This document shows, one piece after another, positions 25,623-39,372 of a DNA stretch of 64,000 nucleotides. This DNA is from Gnetum montanum (lineage: Eukaryota; Plantae; Gnetophyta), in NCBI GenBank assembly GCA_015680685.1, contig MNCI01002250.1:509693-573692 (forward strand), read 5' to 3'. The translations under genes and the position numbers were made by a program. Position 1 is the stretch's first letter. Each line of letters begins with the position of its first letter. The notes beneath the pieces were generated by a model. That model saw only the letters and a program-made list of their open reading frames with translations, was not told the DNA's origin and ran no database searches.

Positions 25623-28100
25623 TGTAACACACACCCTAATATCCAATCCAAGCCTAGCATAGAAATGGACCATGTACTAGCATATCAATGGAATCACAAC
25701 ATTTCATGCATGAGTAGATAGAAAACATATAGTGGAAATCTATAAACCATTTCATAAAAATCTTATGCATAAACTAATAAAATGTGATATAAAAACACAT
25801 ACATACACTAAACTATATATATGCATACAAACCAAAATGTTGTATCATACACAAAACTACTAAACTACTTTTTTAGACCATACATACATCCAGCCTAAAA
25901 TAACATAGCACATAAGTCAAGATGTCTAATACATATCCTATTAATATGTACATCATGTATACACTATACAAGTAATCAATAGCTTATGAACTATCTAGAC
26001 CTATACCATCAATGAATACATTAATCTCTCTCATAAAAATATATAATAAGAAACATAAGAATATGGAACCAAGGCCTTAATCACCTCCCTTAGGTTTGTT
26101 GCCCTCCTAAGCCTATAGCTTCATCTCCTACATAAAAAGGAGGTCAATACAAGATTGAATGATAGCTTTTATATATCCCTTGTACATTGGAAGTCTGATA
26201 TTGTGTTGGAAGAGAGGTGTGGGGTATGTTGAGTAACATGCAACAAGGTTAATACATCTCATGTAATAACAAGCATTGTAAATATCACATTTGTATTCAA
26301 ACATCATACAATTTATTATTTTACAATACTCACTCTAGCAACATCAAAAGAAAAATAGCCATTCGCATAACCATTCATATAATATACATGGTTCATCCTA
26401 CTACTATCACATAATCATACCACCACATAGCCAATCATAGGATACATCTATATGCATACATAACTAGGCTATACTATAAATAATGCCCATAAATACTACT
26501 AACATGTACATAGTCATAGCTTACTCATAACCAGTGCTCTAAGGAATCACCAATCCACAATGTAGCATAAATAAGCATACAAGTACATTCCCTAGCAACT
26601 AGTTCCTCAAAGTATCATAATTCATAAATCACAAATACAATTACATAGCTTCCCTATAACAAATAACACATTCATATTTGATGTAATGTATGATATTATT
26701 GACATGAGTACTCATAAAAAAATAATGATTACAAGTCTTTTATTAGTTTTTCTATTAGTTCCTTCCACTACCACTGTTAGTGCATGTTGTCTCATTTGTA
26801 GCCCTAGGCTACTAACCTTCTAGAGGATAGATCTATGTATATACAAATGCCCAAAAATTGTAAACCAGTCATATGCCCTACCTATGCTTTCCCACTCTTG
26901 ATATGATGACTATGATAAGAGCCTCTTTGATGTATCATAACAAAGGTCAATCCAACTCCTCCAATGTACCTCATCACCTACTAGTTCAGAACCTCATGTC
27001 AGCTCCATCTATCACAATGTTGTAATTGATATGTGTAATGCATATACAATTCATATAATATAACATTACTCATTAATCCATGATTATGGCCACAAGCAAC
27101 AAGTACTACATGCACCAAGCACCCTTGACTATTATACCATAGCATCTATGCAATAAATCTATAAACAATGCACATGTTTACTGATTATAGCATAATCACT
27201 ATCACAATCATATACACATTTATATATCAAATCACAAACATTGTAACTAACAAAGTGTGCTTATAGTAATAATTCCCTACTAAAAATATATGACCCGAAG
27301 ACATTACTATATCAACTTGCAACTAGCATGAGCCACTCATTAATTTTTTCTACATTGCCCACAACCTAAGTATAACTTGTATTTACCTTGTCTCCCTTAT
27401 CATTTTCTCATTACACTCTTACCATAGCTCACACTTGTCTCATGCCCCACATGATTGGTAATCCTTGTGCTACCCACCATAATTCAATTATGACTATTTG
27501 GAATACCAAAATTCCCATAAATCCTCAACTACAATTGCATCACTAGTTGTGACCAATTCAAACCCCTAATGCAACTTTGCATGGGTAGACTACAAGTATT
27601 AATGACTTGTGCTTCGATAAAATAATCAAGTAGAAAAATATGACAATATAAAATAGGCTCATGTGCATGTAATAAACCAACCAAATGTTGCACAAGGACC
27701 TATGCCACATTTACAATGCATTCAAGATATAATAATGAATCTCTACAACCCTTGGAATCCACAAAATCCATCTAGGTATATGCATTCAATATTAATATCT
27801 AGTGGTATCAATCACAAAAACTAAATTACCATTATGTCAAGAAAATATTTGCACTTACCAAACATGCAATTGAGCATATCTATCCCATTGAATAATACCC
27901 ATGACTATACACATGAATATAAGATGGAAAAAATAGGAGACAGGTAATTATTCACATGGTTCTAAGCAAATCGATGATGGATTTATTGGTTGATTCAAGT
28001 TGCCCATTAGATCGTGGACATTATGGAGATGAGAATAATTGAATAATTTTTTATTGATCATAAAATTTGTCTAGTTCTTTGCTATTGAATTGAGGTCCTT
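25623..28100. mobile_element. Long LTR-like relic (possibly chromovirus/Tekay-type)
   Basis: Begins TGTAACAC exactly where the copia relic breaks; strongly A/C-skewed, CpG-depleted and non-coding. The right boundary is uncertain. Confidence 0.4.
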
Positions 28101-28749
28101 TATCATTTACAATATGAGGGGGAATACCAAACCTAGGATATATATTATCCAAAATAAAACAAAAAATATACTTAGAAGTTGCAATTTTTAAAGAAATAAC
28201 TTCAAGTCACTTTGTAAAATATTCAGTAGCTATCAAAATGAGCTAATGAACAAAAGAAGATGAGCCATTGATAGAACCTATGAGATCTAGCCATACAATT
28301 TCCAAAGTCCTAAACATTTAAGATGGCACATAAATATGTGAAGCATGATGTTCACATGTATCACAAAATTTGATCATCATACATGCATTCCTAGACCTTA
28401 TAGACCACTAGTATCCTAATGAAATAATATAACCTATCAAAGATCATAAACCTAAGTGACCATCACATACAGTAGAATGAATCTATTCTAAAACATTATG
28501 TACTTTGTCTTGAATGTAAAAGAAAACATAATGTAAAATTATGACATAAAATTCCAAGATCAACAATATAAAAATGTTTAGCATGTTTACAGAGAGCATC
28601 CTTTTGTGAATAAGATAAACTTTTGGAAGTTTCTTCTATTTGCAACTATTGTATGATATCATGATATTGTTCATCTTCTTCTAAGTTAACCAAGGTAATT
28701 CATTATGTATCTATAAGAGTGATAGTTGTATTTTACATTAAGATAAATG

Positions 28750-30926
28750 ATCTCTAAAGAAGGTAGGATCGATAAGAATGATAAAAATAGCTAGTTTGTC
28801 AATAAGCATGTTTAATGAGCAATGGATATGTGTGAATAAACATTCAACAAACTAAGAAATCAAATTTTTCATCAAGTCTAGATATAGTTAAACCTATTTA
28901 GCTTTGCAATCATATTCATTACTTACATGGCATACAACCATTTGGGGTCATCATGAATGAAAAGCCTTTTAATATCAAGTTGAAGAGCTAAGAGTAAACC
29001 TCGATTGAGATCTTTGTATTTTGCCATATTTGTAGTGCATGAAAAAGTGAATTTGTAAGTTTGATAAATAGTATCTATACCTTGGCATTGAAGTACACAA
29101 GCCATGCTATAACCTTGAGATATGTGGGTACCATCAAAGAATAATTGCAAACTGAAATCCTCATGTATTAATAATGTAGTCGAAACTAGAAAAGGGATAA
29201 TTTCATTCTTACTCTTTTTATTAGAGGGGAGGTTGGATGGTAATAGTGGAAGGTTCAATGAGTGGAACTATCATAAGGAGATCCACAAAGGATTATTTCA
29301 TAATCAGGTGTTAGGCAATGTAGGATAAGTCAATCTCGATTAGCAATGTCTTCCACTCTGCTATGTATTTATTATCATAAGAATTGGTAGCGATAGATTG
29401 TAAAATGTTATCTCAGAAAATGACATGAAATTTTTTCTCCTAGTAGGTAGTGTTTCCATTTCTTAAGGTCAAAGAAAAGGCCTAAGCAAGACTTTTCCAT
29501 ATTCATGTATACATGTCACATTCAAAGAAGATATGAAAGATGTAGTAAATAGGGAGATCAATGTCATCTTCACATCATTGGCAAAGCATGATCACGATAG
29601 AGTGATTAGATTTAAAAATATAGAAATAAAAAGAAAGATCAAATTGAGGAGGATGAAGAATGGAAAGGTAGTTAAGGACATTCTTGATTACATCGAAAGC
29701 CTCCAATTTGATTCCTAGTTGAAAGTTATAAATTTCTTAAGGAGGTGAGAAAGGAGATGAAAATAGTCAGTTAGATAGCATACAAAATGATGGATGGATT
29801 AAAGTCTACCTTGTAAAATATGAATGTCCTTAAGATACTTAGATAGTGGAAGGTTCACAATTACTTCGACTTTATCAAGATCAACTATAATACCATTTTT
29901 CGAAAGTAAAAATCCAAGTATTTTTCTTGTTTTTATGCCAAAATGTACTTCTTGGGATTTAAGCAAAGGTTATAATTGTTGTAATGATCCAAAACTGTCT
30001 AAGTTAGTGGGATGATTAATTGCAATGATAGAGTTAACTATTAGCTCATTGACATAATTGTTGGCTATTTTAAACATCATGTCATTAAAGATGAAGGTCA
30101 TGATTCATTGGTATGTTTCTCTAGTATTCTTAAGTCCAAAAGGCATTTTTAAGTAACAAAAGGTTCCCCATGAGGTTATGAAAGTCATGAAGCATTGATG
30201 TTTAGGATTGATTTAAATATGATTATAGCCTAAAAACTATCCATAAAACCAAGTAAAGCATGACCTATCATTATATCTATGAGTTGATTGATGTTGGACA
30301 ATAGAAAATCATCTCTCAATGTCACCTTATTAAGATTAGAAAAATTGATGTGTATCCTAATGGCTCTATTTTTCTAAGAAACAACTATTATGTTGGATAC
30401 CTAGTTGAAGTAGTTTACAGAACATATAAATCTTATGTTATAGAGTTTTTTGATACCATCTTTAATGCCTAAGGCTAAATCAAGTGTGATTTTTCAGGCT
30501 TTTTGTTTGAGAGGCTTGGAACCTTCCTCAAGCATGATGTTACATTGGATAAGAAATGGATCTAAACCAAGCATGTCATCATATCCCCATGCGAAGGTGA
30601 TATAATTTTTTCTAAGTGTTTCTAGGATAGATTTCTTAATCTCATTTAGTAAGTTTTCTTCTAGTTGTAAGGTATTTTCCTTATTTCAGTGAACAATTAT
30701 GGTGAACTCTAATAAAGGATCATTGATTAGAATAAGCTTGCAATCTAAGAAGGAAAGGTTAGTTTAAAGAATTAAGTCTTTGTTGATGATATCAAGTGTA
30801 GAGATGATGGAATCCATGGGGTCGAATAGGGAAAAATCAATCAAATCCTAGTTGAAAAGATGAGAGATTTGATTATGGGATTCATCCAAGGCAAGCAATT
30901 TGCATCGAGATTAAGATAGGATCCAT
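28750..30926 (-). pseudogene. Tat-like gypsy RT-RNase H-aRNase H relic (copy 1)
   Basis: FAWGYDDMLGLDP, KMPFGLKN and NYVNELI (decayed YVDD), then a second RNase H: LQLFFDG...FSCTTNMAKY...GLLLALQLDIKRL. No integrase recognised. Confidence 0.8.
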
Positions 30927-31297
30927 GGCCAATAAAGCATTAGAGAGAAAATTAATTACACAAATCAAGACCAAAATTTTGAAAAGTCAAAAAAATTTAC
31001 AAGTTATTTGCATAATAGAGGTAAAAGTTAGAAAAATTTTCTTGAAGTATTTTAAGAGGGAAAAGTGAAAACTTTTGTAAGTTTAGGATTTGAAGAAAGG
31101 CTTAGAAAAAATTTTAGAGTTAAAAGGAGAAATAGTGGAAAAATTTTCTAAGTCTGGGCATAAAAGAGTTAGAAAATTTTCTAAGACATAAAGATGATAA
31201 AGATGTTGAAATTTTTTAAAGTTTAGAAGGGAAGTTAGAAAAATTTACAAGTCTCTATTTTTAAATACCAATGTTTATGCTAGAATACATTATGTAT

Positions 31298-31320
31298 GTT
31301 CGAGGTCTCCATGGGTGCTA
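31298..31320 (-). other. Possible decayed PBS (tRNA-Lys-like) upstream of the Tat-like RT ORF
   Basis: The minus strand reads TAGCACCCATGGAGACCTCGAAC, compared with TGGCGCCCACCGTGGGGCTCGAAC. LTR-like sequence follows at about 31322-32300. Confidence 0.4.
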
Positions 31321-32299
31321 CTAAGGAAATTTTGGGGCAATGGAGGAACTTACTAGTATACCTAGCATTAGTATCCCATAAATCATAAACGATGTGAAGA
31401 AGTCACATGGGTTTCTTGGTTCTTTTTGGCATTTTTTTAAAAAAAATTGGCATAAAAGAAAAATCAAAAAGGGAAATCGAGAGAAGTGAGATGTAATAAT
31501 TAAAAATAAGAGAAAATACCCATATTAGAATTTTGCATCCACGTGGTGAAGTCTTGGAAGTTAGCACAGAGGGATTTATGTTAGTATTGTATTTGCCAAC
31601 ACATGATGTGATGGTGTTGCAAAGGGAGAGGAGCAAGAAAGATGGACACATCAAGGAGGCATGTCAAACCCACCAACAACTAAGCAAGTGAGAAGAGGAG
31701 GTTGCCAAGGAGGTGCTCAACCATGTTCCAACTTTGCCCAGGTGAATTTTGGGCCTCAACCTTATAATTTTTTTTTCTTATTTTTTATACACATTTTATG
31801 AGGGAGGAGGGAAGAGAGATTTTCCTACAAGTGGTTAATCAATGGCAAGCATGGAGCCTACCATCATTGTTGATTTCATGCACTGAGCATGCTATCTATG
31901 CTACTAGTTACTGATGGCATGCACTAGTGCACCAACCAAGTCAGCTACGGTGGCTAGTAACTATACAATTAACCCATGGAAGGAGGGAGGAGAAATAAGA
32001 AAAACATAGTAGAAATATGAAAAAAAAGTAGGATTTTTTATGCCTCTTCAAGACTTGGGAAGATGTCCTTTAGGGGCAAATCTATAGAAGGAAATATTCA
32101 AGCCTTGCCTTAGCTAGCTATAGCCAAGGCAGGCTACCTTCAACACGTTTGGAGCTAAAATTATTGATTTTGGGGTTTTGAGAGTTCTATTTTAATTATT
32201 GATTTTTAGTAGTTTCAAGTGGAGATTCACTTTTTCATCATGCATGACATGGTCTTCTAGCACATGGCACAACATGTGGTGGTGCAACCTACAAGCATG

Positions 32300-35270
32300 T
32301 AAGTACATCCAGTAAGACTTTTAGTTCTAGCTGTTTTGGCTCATACTTGTCTAGTATCTTTAATTCTTCCCATTTTAATATCTTCTTCTTGTTGAAACTT
32401 AGTATAATGGGTTTGTCTCTATATTTTTTCATTTTATCATTTTCTTCTATATAGGCACTTGTAATCTTTTCAACTAGTTCTATGCATATATTTGATCCCT
32501 ATTCTACTTCATTATTGAGCCACTAGATGTCTTCTTGCTTTGTGACTATTGCATACAAACATTATTGTACACACATATCTTTAACACATTGTCTATACGT
32601 GAGAATGGCATTTCGCTTTGTTATCCAAACTTTTTCACATAATTGCACTTGTTATCATTGTATGTGATACTTGAAACTCTACATCTTTGAATGGTTCTGG
32701 CTTCATCCTTCTTAGAGATATCCCAGGATAAGTCTCTGATTCCTAGCTTAGCATTCATTGTGCTAAGCAATGCTCTTCCCATAATGATAAGAAATTTACC
32801 CTTATTCTTTCCCACATGAGTAATAAGAAAATTCGTAGGATAAGATAAGCCACTTACAGAAGTTACCACATATTCTACTTGTCCAAGTAGAACAGTAATA
32901 TATTCATTAGCCAACTCTAGTCAAATATTACATTTCTTTAACTGAGCTAAATTTCAAGCCTTATACATATCCTGAGAAAAAAGATTTATCCTTGATCCAA
33001 AATCCAATAGAGCTTTGCACAGTTTGTGTCTTGCTATTTGAAGATAAACTAAAGGACTTCTTGGATCTATTTGTTTTTTGGGAAGTGTTCCTACCTTTAT
33101 CCAATGTGTTACCATTTATGTAAGAATGAAAAACATTAAATTCTTTTCAGTTGATGCTAGAAGCATGGTGCTAACTTGAGGACTTAGTGTGAAAGGAGTA
33201 GGATTAGAAAAGGTTCCTATCCTTTGAAATTTTTTTGGACTTGCCTAGAAGAAGGAATGTTTCCTAGATCTTGGTTCACTTATACCAGTTGTGTCCTCTT
33301 GTGTTCTAACTACCTTGGTAGCACTTTTCTGCTATGGTTGTGTTGGTAGTTTTCCTTACATTACTAGTGGTAGTATTGGTGGTAAAGGATTGGGAGTTTG
33401 ACAAGGATGACCTATTGCTAGTTGAGATGTATAAGGTTGTGACTCCATGCATGGGATTATAGGTCTATTGTACTCAACTAGATAGAAGGAAGAAGAAGCA
33501 TGAATAGGAGTACTACCTAGAGATATAGGACATTGAACATAGTATTTGTAAGGATCTGGTTGTCAATACAGATACTATTGCCTTGGTGATGGCATCCCCC
33601 ATGGCTGTGGTTGTTGCAACTACTATTAGTACTACTCTTGTAGTTAAGGATAAGCCCAACTTGGATAATATGATTGTTGATAGAGTTACTTGTAATTACC
33701 CTGTGATAAGATAATCATCTAGAGATTTTCTTTTTGACAAATTTAGAATTTAGTACATATCCCCTAGACTTTTGTAAGTGGGCCATAACAAGACAACATC
33801 CTAAGGGATGTTCATACTGGCATACATTACAACCATTTTTATCTTAAAAACTTAAGTTTGTAACTTTCTCTAATGCAGAAAATTTTCTTTTTTTATAATT
33901 ATCACATATATTATCTTGCTTCTTTTTTCTATCCTTATTTTTGTTGAATGCTTTTTCATTTTTTCCCTCTACTATCTTAAGTACTATTGTAAATTTTTTA
34001 TTCATAGAATCCCACATTTTCTCTACCTTTGTTGTAATGTCATTTATTGATGTTTAAATAGGTAGAGTCTTTCACTAGATCATATCTTTTAATGTTTCTT
34101 CTTCTTATGTTTTACATATCCTCACATTTTTTTTCTAGTAACAAAGTCTCTATTGTACTCTCTAGCTAATTCCCTTTTACACAACTCTCCTTCTTCTTTT
34201 TTCACTTGATCTAGTAACTATTGAATTCGATTAGCTATCATCTCTAATATTCTTCCTTGGGCATATACTCCAAGGATCTCTCTTGTCTTATTCCTTAGCC
34301 CATTGATGATGTGTTGTAGTCATTTCCTTTGAAAAAAATTCATGGCTTAGACATCTATATAATAGTAAATAGTATCTTCTCATTGTTGCATCAAGGGATT
34401 CATGTGTCACTTATTTTCATTCTTGGATTGGTTTTTTTAGGTTTAATGCTTTGGAATAAGTTTGATGTTTGTCATTAAAGAGTTCTAGCATAGTACTCCA
34501 TCTTCTAATTGCTTTTGGTTTTAAGAATCTATACCATCATTCTGGTTCCTTTATGAGTGTTCTAGAAAATAACTATAATTTCTAGTAGTTATTTTCTATA
34601 TTCTATAGGGTGCATGCATCATGGAAAGCTTCAAGATAATGTTGTGGATCTACATTATATCCTGCTTCAAGCTTAATGTGACTATCCCTTAAATATCTAG
34701 TAGGTATGTACACTACTTCCCTAATGTTGATCATTCTTTAGGTGGCCAGTAGGGTTTCTTCATAGTCTTTGAGTTCATATGCTTTATTGTAGTGATGATC
34801 CCTCCAATGCTCATAATGTTCTCTTCTCTCATGTTTGATTCCTCTCTCTCTATCTTCTTCATCATGATGTCTCTCCTATGTGTATGTCCCTTATGATCCC
34901 TTCTCCTTTTCTTGTCATGATCCCTTGATCTTTGTTCTCTCTTATCAGAGTTTGTTGATGAGTGTGATGAAGAGGATGGGGGAGTTGGTGAATGATGTTG
35001 GCTGGCTCTTCTCCTATGACTCCATGATTCATCTCTTTTAGATCTGTTGGAGGTCTTAGGCCTTGAATTCCCCATAAGTCTAGAGTCTACCTCATATCTT
35101 CTAAGAATTTCTACAAGATCTAAACATAATTTTTTCTTTGAAATATCTTCAATACATATTACTAGTGCTTGATAACTGGATCTATAAGTCTGCTAAGACT
35201 TTTCAGCTTTATATGGCTCATCTTCTTTCTCAGTAAAGATAATTGTCTATGATGCCTTTTTTTCTTCTCT
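32300..35270 (-). mobile_element. Element D: LTR-less relic of the A/B/C group with gag + aspartic protease
   Basis: Gag core homologous to A/B/C and an intact knuckle GCNVCQYEHPLGCC. Protease ALLDFGSRINL...LAN...GQVEYV...IIMGRALLST at about 32700-33060. No RT follows. Confidence 0.8.
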
Positions 35271-37149
35271 TGTTCATATCTTGCTATCATAATAGATGAA
35301 GCCATAAAGATTGTAAGGCACTATATTGAATTTATCTTTCATTTATATCTTCTATTTAATAGATCCTTTGTCTTCATAAATGATCAGACATTCCGTTTCA
35401 ATTTAGTTTCATACCGGCTGTGGCCGTTTTCTAAGTACTCTGTTTTCTGACTTTCATGGAAACAGGAGCAAGGGGTGGAAGCCCTTTGTGCCTGATATCA
35501 TTTCTGTTAAATATGTATTCAAATTTAAAGGAAGAAAATTTCAAGATAATCACAAAAGTTAGAAATCCGAGAGAAATCTTCGGTTTATATTTTTGGTCTA
35601 CGGAATAAAATCTTCAGTTTCTTCACAAAAGTTTATATTTTTATATAAGACTGTGATCAAATTACCAAATGGGAGAGAGAGAAATTCAAAGTGAAGCTGT
35701 AAAGGAATTTTCTTCTTTATTATTTTATGTTATTAACTCTGTCATTGTAGGTTAGCATTAGCTAGCCGTAAAGCAAATCCTATGAATGAATTCTGTTTCA
35801 GATTTTGGCGAATGGCACAAGAAAACTCATGTAGCTCCAACTCTCTACAGTCAAATCCTTTTACAACAGGACATATGAGCTTCTTATGCAAGCCATATAA
35901 TGATGTTGTTCCAAGAAAACCTGCTTAATGCTCAAAGTAGACCAGTAACAATATATTTTTACTGCATAAAATTAATGCAGTTGTGATAACAGTTTGCTGC
36001 GGTTATTCCATGCAGAGAGACTCATTCATATTAGGTAGGTTGTAAGTTGTAAAAAAACACAGAAAACTCTCAGCAGCATCGTCAAACACCATCAATGGTA
36101 CACAGCAGAATTCCATTAAGTAGCATTTAATAAAATCTTTCAAAGGAAAATAACAAGATGAAATGTAATGACAATAACAAAGTTCAGTCAAAACGATTTC
36201 ATAAACCAGAAATTATTTTAACCCGGCCACACAACTTGTGAACATAAATCAGTGTTACCAATATAAAAGCAGTACACTCAAATTATCTTCTAAAACAATG
36301 GTTCTTATATTATAAGATAATGTTATGTAATTACAGAGGTAGATTTGAAAAACAATTTGAAAAGGTAGGAACCTCGATAATATTTTTATAAGTTCACAGG
36401 GGTTAAAAATTTCTGAAAACTGAGAACAAGCATAACTGAAAAAAGTAGTCAACTTTGCTTTTTAGCTTTTCTGCGTGCGTGTCTCAGGGAGGGTGCCTGT
36501 TAGGGATATTTATTGCATTAATCTCACGATATTCCTCTGCTTCTTATTGTATGTGTACAAAGTAAATCTTTATGCTGCTGTTGCTTTCTTAAATGGCATA
36601 GTACTGTCAAAGTGTATAGCTAAACTATGCTTCTTCGTCTGACAAAATTGCTTCGAACGGCGATTTTTAATCTAGCATAACGCCGAAGCGGTCTTTCAGA
36701 ATTTGTATTTCTGAACTTGCTCCAGTAGAGTCAATACGTAATTACGAAATGATCTCAATGGAAATGACCGACATATTTTGCAGGGATACGCTGATTATTG
36801 TTTCTCCATCCATGCAAGTTTGCTGGCCCCTGGTTTTGAAAAATCTAGGTCCGCTGGCTCCTGGTTTCGCAAAATCTTGGTCCCGCGAACACATCGTGTG
36901 ACTGGATGAAGATAACGTCGCTGTTATATGAAGTTGTACAGAAATTTTCGAGAATAGCTTATTGCAGCCCAGGTCAATCGTTTTGTCTGTCAGAAACAAA
37001 TATTTACCGAAGACTCGCTTTCAAAACAGGACACCTATACCGATCAAAGAATTTCGAATATTTGAGAGGATGGAAATAATATAATTTCATTGGAAAGTAA
37101 TATGCAAATGATCCGGCGAGGGAATAAAACAACAACAGTTTAGTTAGTT

Positions 37150-37760
37150 CATTGTTAGATAATAATGAAACATAATTAATCGATGGAACTTACCTAGAGA
37201 TAGTATCAAGAAAGACTTTCATCTTGACATGGAGGGGATTTTAATGGTTATGGTTGGTATTTTTAAGAGATGGTAGAGAAAATGAAATATTTTTTGGGAG
37301 AACATGCAGCAAAATCCTAAGCATATTCACCAATTAGTCAAGCAAAAGGTTTTAACATAGATGTGGGCTAATGTTGAGAACAATTATTTACACCACATTA
37401 GATTTGGATGTAGAATATCACTATCTCTATGCTGTTGTTTCCATCAAGTATTGGAATGCTATTAGCAAGCTTCGCTTAAGTTCTCATCATCTTATAATTG
37501 AAAGTAGAAGATAGATTCAACTCTCTCGAGAAGAGCGCATTTGTAGGTTGTGTAAATTAGGAGCCCTTGAAGATGAGTTACATGTATTTCTTTCTTGTGC
37601 TATGACTACCCATTCAAGATAACATTATAATGTTACAACAAAAAGTCTATGATTTGTTTTTGATGCCTCCATTAGTGCTTAGTTAATTTGTAGAGTCTAT
37701 ATTTATTTTTCATGAAAATGTAATATTTGTGCAATAGATCCTATGGGTCTTCCAACATAA
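37150..37760 (+). mobile_element. 3' end of an RTEX-like (or CR1/L2-group) LINE, copy 1
   Basis: ISKLRLSSHHLIIES.R...SREERICRLCKLGALEDELHVFLSC, followed by AATAAA and a (CATTT)n tail. Confidence 0.75.
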
Positions 37761-39372
37761 TAAACCTTCATTTCATTTCATGTTAGATCTATAAAAATGG
37801 AATATGATAGGATTCATGGAGGACATAAATTTGAAGAGCACAATGATATGGAGATTCACAACTACAATTTGCAAGTACATGTCACCTTGCAATTGCAAAT
37901 ACTTATTTGCAAAAGAGGACAAAACATTTAATTACACATCATATTAGCATAGATAAAACACAAATTGATTATTTCTTGTTATGCAAAAGAGATTGGTCAT
38001 GTGCAAAGATTGCAATGTAGAGAGTGCCTTGCAACTTGACAATGACTAATGGTCATGGACTTAGCTATATAGAGCTTCAAAGGTAGGACACGAAAATGGA
38101 CTAAATTCATAAAATGGTGGAATTTGAAGGAAGATATCATCACCTTATTAAAAGAATAATTGTTTCATGAAAGCATCTAGAATTGGGATTGCTTCCCACA
38201 TTTAATTTAGGGCCAAATAGAAAGTTGCATTTAAAAAATTAAAAAAAAAAATTTGGGGTGAAACAAAAGGCAAAAAAATACATTCCAAAGGAGGCATAGT
38301 GGCGAGGTGATAAGTGCGACATACTATCTAGAACAAGAAAAAATGCTTTAAAAATGGCAACAAAGCAGTAGTCAAGAAAACAAGCTGATATACAAAAATT
38401 GCAAAAAAGGAGACAATCATAGCAATAGCCAAACCTAAACCTAAAGCCTTGGATAGCTTTTATGAGAAATTAGGAACAAACGAATGAAGCAAGTTCACTT
38501 CTACTAATTTAACCTGCAATTCCCACTAAATCCAAATGTTATGAAAGACAATTCAATATGCTAGAAAATGAGAAAAGTATTTTTAATTAATGCATAGAAG
38601 ATTATACTTTATGGTTCCATAACCCACAATCCAAAACACTCACAAACACTCAACGATGTTGTAAAGCATGAGGCTCTACAACTACAAAACGATTGTCCTT
38701 AATGCAAAGCACAACTAAAAGAGAATCTCTCTCACAACTCAAGACTAAGACCTTAACAAATAAGCAAGAACACAAGAACACACAAAGCAAGCCATACACA
38801 CCATTAACCTTGACTTGCATTCACAATTATGTACTCACACAATGTGCTCTAATGACATCGCTTACTCAACACATCAAATCTCATGAACTCTCATCATGAT
38901 ATCTCATGAAGAAACACATATAATATTTATTGTACATAGAAGACAAGAAACCTAGAAAACCTTCCTCAAGCTCATCTTAGAGATCCTTGGTTGTTTCCAT
39001 CTTTTTCTCCTCTTTTTCAACTATTTCCCAATTTTTAATAGCCAATTCGGAAGTTTCCCCAACCATACAATTCATCTTGAACCTTCCTAGGACATCTTAC
39101 TATCAAACACTACTTATAGGGAAGACATCCATGTCTAGTGGGAGATGTCTTCCTAGAGGTTGAGCTATCTCCACTCTAGCTGGGATGTCTCAAGTGATTA
39201 GGAGAGGTCACCTAAGACATCTCCAATCTAGGAGAGATGTCTCCACAAAATGTCACACAGCTCCTGCATTTCCCAAATGTCTCCTATGATGTCTTAGCTC
39301 TCGACCAAAACATCTCCTTGAACTCCAAGACGTTTTCATAGAGCCTAAAACTTGAAAAAAAACTATCTATAT

